This document shows, in pieces, positions 56,504 through 63,227 of a DNA stretch of 63,227 nt. The notes below the pieces were generated by a model that worked only from the letters and a program-made list of their open reading frames with translations, did no database searches and was not told the origin of the DNA. Both the position numbers and the translations under genes were made by a program. Within the stretch, counting starts at the first letter, position 1, and every line of letters starts with the position of its first letter. The stretch lies in assembly GCA_020720805.1 (NCBI GenBank), contig DYNZ01000006.1, positions 22,632 through 85,858 of the forward strand, read 5' to 3'. This DNA is from Leptospira biflexa (lineage in GTDB: Bacteria > Spirochaetota > DYNZ01).

Positions 56504-56897
56504 CTTTGGAAATCCCTGCCAGCTTTACCTGATCAAGGATCACCAACATCTTCTTATATTGGATGTCGCCCTCGGCGCGCATGATCACTGCCACATCCGG
56601 ATGGATCTGCTTCAATGATTTTAAACGGCCAGGCAGAGCCTCCATATCGGTGACAGGTTTGTCATTCCAATAGAGAACCTCTTTATCCTTTACCTGCTTG
56701 ATGGTAAGGGCAATCTTATGAGGCTCTTGCTTCATCGCCGATGCGTTCACCTTGGGCAGGGATACGGGAACAGTGCGGTATTTTGTAAACTCAGCCGTTA
56801 CCATCAAAATAATGACAAGCACCAGCATGATATCCACCAGCGGGGTGACATTTATACCGCTGATTTCACCATCATTATCTGAAACATTTGCTGCCAT
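56457..56897 (-). CDS. exbD: Biopolymer transport protein ExbD/TolR (146 aa)
   Basis: INVTPLVDIMLVLVIILMV single TM helix and ExbD fold. Confidence 0.8.
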   Translation of the reverse strand: MAANVSDNDGEISGINVTPLVDIMLVLVIILMVTAEFTKYRTVPVSLPKVNASAMKQEPHKIALTIKQVKDKEVLYWNDKPVTDMEALPGRLKSLKQIHPDVAVIMRAEGDIQYKKMLVILDQVKLAGISKVGLAVDADSKTAKKI

Positions 56898-56934
56898 GCA
56901 GAACTCCTAATCTTGTGGATAATGTTGAAATAGC

Positions 56935-57966
56935 TTACTCAGAAGCCATTTTCATGTCAGCCAGATCCTTTTCATTGAGAATCAACTGACCTGTGGTTGT
57001 AGAGTGCGCCTCTTTGGCATATAGTTGTACGCCTGCCAGACCCTCTTTCTCAAAAGCGGCTCTGACCCCGGTCATGATATCGATAATCTCTTCCGCGTTG
57101 GACAGCTTGCTTTTGACCATGGTAGAGAATATGTTGTAGGATATAACGCAGGGGATCGCAACACCAAGACCAAACGCGGTAGCGATCAAAGCCTCGGAAA
57201 TACCCTTCATAACCACAGCCGGACCTGCGTCGCCGACCATCGCCAGATCGCTAAAGGCGCGCATGATTCCCAATACAGTACCAAGCAGTCCAATAAATGG
57301 GGTATTGTTTCCCAGCGTAGATAAAATTACTAGCCAGCGGTTGAGACGGCGACGCTCAGCCTCCATAGCGGCCTGGGCAAACTCGCGCATGGATTGTTCA
57401 CCAAATGGCCAACCTTCGAGGGTCTTTGCAGCGACCCTACCCTCCATACCGTAACGCGGATGGCGGATATGTTTGATTAGATCGTGAGGATTATCCGAAT
57501 TGCGCGCAAGCCCCTCAGTTAACAGGCGAATCAGCTTATCATTTTTTCCCTTATTTTTATAAAATACAAATGCACGTTCAATACTTACCGCAATGGCCAC
57601 CAGAAACAGAAAGATCAAAACCCAAACGGTTGGATCTTCAATCTTAGTCAGATCAAATTTTCCGGCTTCGGCAAGGGCGTTCACCTCAGCGGGCGCGCTG
57701 CCATCTGGTTTTACGTCAGAGGCAATCAGTTGGCCTTTGATATCTTTGCTGTCAGGCGTGGTTCCGGAAAACGCATCCGCTTGGAAACGAAAAAAGATAA
57801 CTGCTGCCAGCAGCAGAAAAAAACTGGTGTACATAAATCTGGTTTTCGAAATTTTTTTCATTGCAATCCTGTTATTTCTCAACGCTGGCGAGGTTTGACC
57901 GCCATGATTTCCCCGTATCATAGATAACTCCTTAAAATCGATAGATAAAAACTTTCTCTTTTTCAA
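56935..57966 (-). CDS. exbB: ExbB/TolQ/MotA-family proton channel with extended N-terminal periplasmic region (343 aa)
   Basis: MotA_ExbB core ...GLLGTVLGIMRAF... Confidence 0.75.
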   Translation of the reverse strand: MKKRKFLSIDFKELSMIRGNHGGQTSPALRNNRIAMKKISKTRFMYTSFFLLLAAVIFFRFQADAFSGTTPDSKDIKGQLIASDVKPDGSAPAEVNALAEAGKFDLTKIEDPTVWVLIFLFLVAIAVSIERAFVFYKNKGKNDKLIRLLTEGLARNSDNPHDLIKHIRHPRYGMEGRVAAKTLEGWPFGEQSMREFAQAAMEAERRRLNRWLVILSTLGNNTPFIGLLGTVLGIMRAFSDLAMVGDAGPAVVMKGISEALIATAFGLGVAIPCVISYNIFSTMVKSKLSNAEEIIDIMTGVRAAFEKEGLAGVQLYAKEAHSTTTGQLILNEKDLADMKMASE

Positions 57967-58167
57967 ATTGATAACATTGGAAGTTTATGCTTTCCCGATG
58001 AAAGCGATTGTTCCCCGCAGCAGCAGGATTTCTTAACAAGAAAGCACACAATTGTTACATATATATGAGCGGTTTCTATTTTTTGCTTTTTTCAGATATT
58101 TTCCAAGGGAGTGAAAACAATAATTTTCCTCTCAAATCATTCTTTCTCACAAAATACTAACATATCT

Positions 58168-58186
58168 CTGTCTTTTTGATGTCGAT
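58168..58186. promoter_or_regulatory. Candidate Pho box (two TGTC half-sites with 11-bp periodicity: CTGTCTTTTTGATGTCGAT) about 100 bp upstream of phoB
   Basis: Resembles the PhoB direct-repeat architecture CTGTCAT-N4-CTGTCAC. Located in the divergent region shared with the exbB-TonB-receptor locus. Confidence 0.3.
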
Positions 58187-58287
58187 ATATTAAAAGTAAT
58201 TGTAATGTATCAGAAAAATCTTAGCTTTAAGATGCGCCGAACGCAAAAAATCTCATTATTTAACTATCATAGAAACAGGATCAAACC

Positions 58288-58995
58288 ATGACAACACTAC
58301 CCATTCTCATCGTTGAAGATGAAGAGGATATCCTGGAGCTGGTCTCCTTTAATTTAATCAACGCGGGTTACAAAATTCAGACTGCCCGCACAGGCGAAGA
58401 GGCGCTCAGCCATATTCGATCCAATAAATACAGCCTGATACTTCTTGATCTAATGCTACCAGGTATTGGCGGACTTGAAATCTGCAAAATCATCAAAGCG
58501 GAAAAAAGCATCCGCAAAACCCCGATTATCATGGTGACAGCCAAAGGTTCGGAAGAGGACATTGTCAAAGGTCTGGAACTTGGCGTTGATGACTATATAA
58601 CCAAGCCCTTCAGCATCAACGTCTTCATGTCCAGAGTGCGGGTTATTCTGCGCCGCTATGAAACTCCGATGATTGATGAGAACACAGTACTGAACGTTCA
58701 TGGGATCACCATCAATCCACAGAAGCATAAGGTAATTATGGACGGAAGTTCCCTGGAGTTGACCTATTCCGAATTCAGCCTTCTCCATTTGATGGCAATG
58801 CGACCTGGTTGGGCTTTTACGCGCAACCAGATCGTGGACGCCCTGCGCGGCCCTGACTACCCGATTACAGACAGATCCGTGGATGTTCTGGTGGTAGGTC
58901 TGCGAAAAAAACTTGGCAACAGGGAAGCGATCATCGAAACTGTCCGCGGGGTTGGCTACCGCATGAAAGATCTAGACGAGGATTATACGGATTGA
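58288..58995 (+). CDS. phoB: OmpR-family response regulator, PhoB by context (235 aa)
   Basis: Receiver (LILLDLMLPG) + winged-helix output. Followed by a histidine kinase, phoU and pstS. Confidence 0.65.
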   Translation: MTTLPILIVEDEEDILELVSFNLINAGYKIQTARTGEEALSHIRSNKYSLILLDLMLPGIGGLEICKIIKAEKSIRKTPIIMVTAKGSEEDIVKGLELGVDDYITKPFSINVFMSRVRVILRRYETPMIDENTVLNVHGITINPQKHKVIMDGSSLELTYSEFSLLHLMAMRPGWAFTRNQIVDALRGPDYPITDRSVDVLVVGLRKKLGNREAIIETVRGVGYRMKDLDEDYTD

Positions 58996-59005
58996 AGGAT
59001 CCTGA

Positions 59006-60826
59006 GTGAGCAGACGCAGTTTTTTTCAAATTATTATCATTCGCAACCTGCTCCTTTTGGCTCTGGTTATACTTTTTTCCCTTTCGATCCTTCACTATAT
59101 CTTTCTTCGTACTGCCTTGGATGCGACCAGACTTCATCTGGCGCGTCACGCAGAACTCATTGAGTCCAATCTTTTCAAATCAGAGACATCTCCTAAGGCT
59201 TTGGATTTAATCTATGACTCACTTTTTACCATAGAAGACAAACGCCTGTACCAAATTTTTTTCTATTCCTCAGATAGACTCATCTGGTCTTCTTTGCATT
59301 ACCAAAATTCAGACAAGATCCTTCTTGAAGAAAGCGGCCGCGATTTACAAGCGCACGAAGAATTGATCCAACTGGAGCAAAAACTTGAATCTCATGCTAT
59401 CCGACGTGATCGTACACAACAAAAAGTTTTCGCATTCGGCAGAAAAATTTTTGTTGATGGCAATTTTTTTTACCTAACGATTCTCTATCCCTACGAGCGC
59501 ATATCCGCCGAGGTTACCCACAGTCTGCTCTTCGCGTTCGGGCTATTGGTCTTTATTTTTCTGGTAATTGGTATCATCTATTTTTTCAACTACCGCTCCT
59601 TTTTCCGAGCCTTCAATCAACTAAAGCACAAAACCAGGGAGATTGCCAGCAGCAGAATCGCTCATTTCTATCCCGACTCGGATTTCCGCGAAATTCAGGA
59701 TCTGGGCAAGGCTATCAATCTCATCTCCCGACGCTCCCAGGAGCAGATGAAAAAAATTGATCATCAAAAAAATGAATACAAAATTTTGCTTGCCAACCTC
59801 CAGGAGGGGGTCATTGCCCTTGATAACGCAGAAAAAATATTGCTAATCAACAAGGCGGCATGCTATATCCTGAATATTGAAGATCAGCGTTATAAAGGTC
59901 AATCGATCACCGAGGTTTCCCGCAACAGCGCATTTATCAAATTTATAAAAAATGCCGAACTCTCGGCTCAGCATTTTTACGAAGAAGATTTCGCGTTAGT
60001 GAGTGTTTCATTAAAGGAAAACGAAGCCAGTCTCTCAGAAAAAAAATTTATTCGTGCCCAGGCCACGAAAATCGAAATTCCCGAAGAAAAAAAAGGGGGA
60101 CTTCTTATTGTATTACACGATTTTACAAAAATTCAAAAGCTGGAAAATATACGCAAGGAGTTCGTGGCCAATGTTTCTCATGAGTTAAAGACCCCGATCA
60201 CGACGATCCTTGGCTTTGTGGAGACCATGCTCAACGGCAACGTCAACGATAGTGGTAATACCCAAAACTTTCTGGAGATTATCCGCAAAAACAGCATCCG
60301 GCTGGATAAAATTATTGATGACCTACTACTGTTAGCCAAACTGGAACAAGAGGGCGACACCACAAAAATCGTCAAAGAGCAAGCAGCAGTCCACGAAATC
60401 CTGGAAGCTGCAGTCAACAACTGTAGCGACAAACTCAAAGCCAACGACTTTACCGTAACCATTGAGTGCAGCTCCGAACTGACAGCTCTTGTCAATCCTA
60501 ACCTTATCGAGCATACCGTGGTGAATCTGATAGACAACGCCATAAAATACAGCCATCCCGGTAAGGAGATCAACATTTATGCGACCAGAGAAAATCAAAA
60601 TATTTCTATCCGCGTCCGCGACTGGGGCGAGGCTCTTCCTGAGGAGAAACTACAAAGACTTTTTGAACGATTTTACAGGCTTGACAAAGCCAGAAGTCGC
60701 AAAATGGGAGGCACCGGTTTAGGTCTGGCAATCGTCAAGCACATCATTCTGGCACATGGAGGTTCTGTGGATGTCAAGAGCGTTGCCGGCGAGGGGACGA
60801 CCTTTACCTTGACCATTCCTGCTTGA
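59006..60826 (+). CDS. phoR: Sensor histidine kinase, PhoR-like, with two TM segments, PAS-like region, HisKA (HELKTP) and HATPase_c (606 aa)
   Basis: H-box VSHELKTPITTI, G-boxes GGTGLGLAIVK. Genomic context. Confidence 0.6.
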   Translation: MSRRSFFQIIIIRNLLLLALVILFSLSILHYIFLRTALDATRLHLARHAELIESNLFKSETSPKALDLIYDSLFTIEDKRLYQIFFYSSDRLIWSSLHYQNSDKILLEESGRDLQAHEELIQLEQKLESHAIRRDRTQQKVFAFGRKIFVDGNFFYLTILYPYERISAEVTHSLLFAFGLLVFIFLVIGIIYFFNYRSFFRAFNQLKHKTREIASSRIAHFYPDSDFREIQDLGKAINLISRRSQEQMKKIDHQKNEYKILLANLQEGVIALDNAEKILLINKAACYILNIEDQRYKGQSITEVSRNSAFIKFIKNAELSAQHFYEEDFALVSVSLKENEASLSEKKFIRAQATKIEIPEEKKGGLLIVLHDFTKIQKLENIRKEFVANVSHELKTPITTILGFVETMLNGNVNDSGNTQNFLEIIRKNSIRLDKIIDDLLLLAKLEQEGDTTKIVKEQAAVHEILEAAVNNCSDKLKANDFTVTIECSSELTALVNPNLIEHTVVNLIDNAIKYSHPGKEINIYATRENQNISIRVRDWGEALPEEKLQRLFERFYRLDKARSRKMGGTGLGLAIVKHIILAHGGSVDVKSVAGEGTTFTLTIPA

Positions 60827-60878
60827 GCCTAGCTTTTTAAAATTGGATATATAAATAAATTAAATATTATAGGAAATC

Positions 60879-61580
60879 ATGATGACAGCATATTACTATC
60901 GCGAATTTGAAAAACTGAAGGAGCATCTGCTCAATATTGGCGGACAGGTAGAGGCCAGCGTTATATCCGCCGTGGAGGCCTTTCTGAAACAGGATGTGGA
61001 TCTGGCCAACGAGGTCATCCAAACCGACCATGCTATCGACCAGCAGGAGGTCGAGTTGGAGGAGGAGTGCTTAAAGGTTCTTGCACTCTACCAGCCTTTA
61101 GCTATGGATCTGCGTTTTGTGGCCTCCGTTTTAAAAATAAATAATGATCTGGAGCGCATCGGCGATATCAGCGTCAACATCGCCCGCAAGGCTCTTTATA
61201 TATCAAGACACCCTCACAAGCTCAAACTTGATTTTGATTACAGCATCATGGCCAAAAAGGCGCAAATCATGCTGCACCAGAGCCTGGATGCTTTTATTCA
61301 CCGTGATGCTGACCTTGCCTACGCTATATGCCAACGCGATCAGGAGGTCAACGACATGAAAAAGAGTTTTAAGAAATTGATCATTGAAGCGATGAAAAAG
61401 CACTGCGACCTCGCCGATGTTCTCATTCGTCACCACGCATTAACTCGCCATCTGGAGCGCATCGCGGATATGGCAACCAACATTGCCGAGGAGGTGATCT
61501 ATATGGTCACAGGGGAAATCAGACGCCATATCCTGGATACAGATTATATGGAGGATCAGGACGGCCAAACCAGTGTATAA
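60879..61580 (+). CDS. phoU: Phosphate signalling complex protein PhoU (233 aa)
   Basis: Two PhoU repeats (E..D..IN....LER.GD). Confidence 0.8.
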   Translation: MMTAYYYREFEKLKEHLLNIGGQVEASVISAVEAFLKQDVDLANEVIQTDHAIDQQEVELEEECLKVLALYQPLAMDLRFVASVLKINNDLERIGDISVNIARKALYISRHPHKLKLDFDYSIMAKKAQIMLHQSLDAFIHRDADLAYAICQRDQEVNDMKKSFKKLIIEAMKKHCDLADVLIRHHALTRHLERIADMATNIAEEVIYMVTGEIRRHILDTDYMEDQDGQTSV

Positions 61581-61727
61581 TTTTTTTTCCGTATTTGCCA
61601 TCAATAACAAAAAACTCATAAAATCCTAACATTAGTGCTTCATAATATGGACAAAGTTCTGTGAAATTATGCACAGAATATATTTGATTATGACTCTATT
61701 TTGTTAATTACCAGGAGAACAAATTTC

Positions 61728-62777
61728 ATGAAATTCAAAGGTCTGCTTGTACTACTACTTGGCGCAGCCTCCCTCACCTTTTTGGGTTGCGGCAAGGATT
61801 CAGGTTCATCAAAAATTATTGGCGCTGGCGCGACATTTCCTTACCCTTTGTACTCCAAGATGTTCTTGGAATATAAAAAAGTAAAAAATGTTGAGGTCAA
61901 CTACCAGGGTATCGGTTCCGGTGGCGGCGTTCGTCAGCTTCAGCAAAAAACCATCAACTTCGGCGCAACGGATGCTTTCCTCGACGAAAAAGAGCTGAAA
62001 GAGTTTGGTAAACCAATCGTCCACATCCCTATGGCTTTGGGTGCTGTCGTTGTTATCTACAACATCCCCGAGCTGAAAGCACAGCTCAACCTCTCCGGAC
62101 AGATCACTGGCCGTATCTTTTTAGGTGACATCAAAAACTGGAATCACCCCGATATCGCCAAATTAAATCCAGGCGTAAAACTTCCAAACAAACCCATCTC
62201 CGTTACCCGCCGCTCTGACGGATCCGGTACAACACATGTTTTTTCGGAATACCTTGCAAAGGTTTGCAAACAGTGGGAGAAAAAAGTGGGCGTTGGCAAA
62301 AGTCTTAGCTGGCCAGTGGGCGTTGGCGGCAAAGGAAACCCTGGCGTTGCAGGGCTTGTCAAACAAACCCCTTTCTCTATCGGTTATGTAGAGGTCGCCT
62401 ACGCCGAGAAAAACAAAATTACTTTCGCGAAAATGCAGAACAAAAAAGGCAAGTTCATTGTACCATCTCTGAAAAGTATCTCTGTCTCAGCCGACATGAA
62501 GCTGCCTGATGACCTACGCGTCTCTCTGGTGGATACTGACGCTGAAGAGGGATATCCTATCACAGCATTTACCTGGATCATTGTTTATCAGGAGATGTCA
62601 GAAAATATCCAGAGCGCGAAAACCGCTAAGGGCGTTGCTGATCTGTTAAATTGGATGATCCATGACGGTCAAAGCATGAACGAAAGTCTGCTTTATGGAA
62701 AACTATCACCGGCTGCGACAGCGCAATCAGAAAAACTGCTGAAAACCTTAACTTACAAAGGTAAGCCACTTCTATAA
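61728..62777 (+). CDS. pstS: Phosphate ABC transporter substrate-binding protein PstS (ORF open from 61701; probable start MKFKGLL)
   Basis: Signal peptide with lipobox LGCG. GAGATFPYPLY and SGTTHVF motifs of PstS. Confidence 0.8.
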   Translation: MKFKGLLVLLLGAASLTFLGCGKDSGSSKIIGAGATFPYPLYSKMFLEYKKVKNVEVNYQGIGSGGGVRQLQQKTINFGATDAFLDEKELKEFGKPIVHIPMALGAVVVIYNIPELKAQLNLSGQITGRIFLGDIKNWNHPDIAKLNPGVKLPNKPISVTRRSDGSGTTHVFSEYLAKVCKQWEKKVGVGKSLSWPVGVGGKGNPGVAGLVKQTPFSIGYVEVAYAEKNKITFAKMQNKKGKFIVPSLKSISVSADMKLPDDLRVSLVDTDAEEGYPITAFTWIIVYQEMSENIQSAKTAKGVADLLNWMIHDGQSMNESLLYGKLSPAATAQSEKLLKTLTYKGKPLL

Positions 62778-62779
62778 TA

Positions 62780-62880
62780 TACTCGAAACACTTTGGTTCT
62801 CGGGTTTTATACTGGCTAAAGGGTGCGTCGACATCGCTGGCATTGCCTTGCGATATCCGAAAACCAAAATGCCTTTAGTA
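62780..62880. repeat. Family D MITE (101 bp), TA-flanked, downstream of pstS
   Basis: Identical family to 25541-25642 and 47903-48003. Confidence 0.7.
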
Positions 62881-63100
62881 TAAAAACGTTATAGATCGAT
62901 ACTCGTGATACTCGCAAATATTTTCCTGACCGGTTACTCTGCCTTTGGCAGTGTAACCGGACTTTTTCATCCTGCCAGGATTCAAACCTAAAAAAAAAAT
63001 TTCCATCTTCTCATTTTTTTAATTTATCCCGCAGCAAGATGACACCTACTCTGCGCTTGAGTGAAGAATGCCCTTAAACTTTTTAAGCAAAAATTCGCAG

Positions 63101-63227
63101 AAGAATATACCAAAAAGTATCGATGCTTCAATGAACTCAGCACAAGATTTACTTCGATAGACTCAGTACAAGTGACCGGTTGGGCAATGCCATAACCGCG
63201 TCCTTTTGGCACAAAGTCCATTGCAAA
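63101..63227. repeat. Family A repeat (subfamily 2 with internal ~23-bp duplication-like insert), truncated by the window end
   Basis: Matches 25660-25789 and the ends of 3551-3743. ORF 63024..63221 is spurious. Confidence 0.6.

Noticed and set aside
1-63227. tRNA/rRNA genes
   Set aside because: No stretch showed tRNA T-loop/acceptor signatures (GTTCGAATC-like) or rRNA-like conserved blocks. All long non-coding stretches are explained by the repeat families.

Overview
This is a 63.2-kb bacterial chromosomal window with moderate GC. I cannot assign a taxon from sequence alone; the gene content is compatible with a spirochete-like or FCB-like lineage. On the minus strand there is a contiguous flagellar hook/export block (fliI-fliJ-two small genes-fliK-flgD-flgE). 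There is a dense set of signalling genes: a membrane PP2C/SpoIIE phosphatase, a class III adenylate cyclase, a degenerate-GGDEF+PilZ protein, an HD-GYP/GAF protein and a CheY-like receiver. A Cache/HAMP methyl-accepting chemotaxis protein is broken by three lesions (pseudogene). Scattered sulfur-trafficking-like proteins are present (YeeE/YedE pair, DsrE-like, Cys-less rhodanese lipoprotein). A hemerythrin gene sits immediately upstream of a 1362-aa secreted protein built from many aromatic 'ΦΦ-F/L-P-L/F-F/Y-Y/W' repeats. Also present are gyrA, a DUF342/FapA-like protein and a HAD phosphatase. A methylmalonyl-CoA pathway cluster follows (carboxyltransferase, unusually long biotin carboxylase-BCCP, B12 mutase, MeaB, epimerase). 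Then come a fused FAD-oxidase/Fe-S oxidoreductase, a flotillin, a TonB-ExbB-ExbD / TonB-dependent receptor / lipoprotein locus and phoB-phoR-phoU-pstS. No rRNA, tRNA or CRISPR was seen. The window is peppered with at least three families of small interspersed repeats: family A (~125-195 bp, TA-flanked), family D (~101 bp MITE with imperfect ~24-bp terminal inverted repeats and TA flanks) and family F (hairpin-rich). Clear reciprocal nested insertions occur (D inside A at 25.5 kb, A inside D at 49.2 kb). A small accessory island at 47.9-50.7 kb carries a ParE-type toxin-antitoxin pair and a DUF1640-like coiled-coil gene. Each of these two units is preceded by an identical 57-bp promoter-like repeat.
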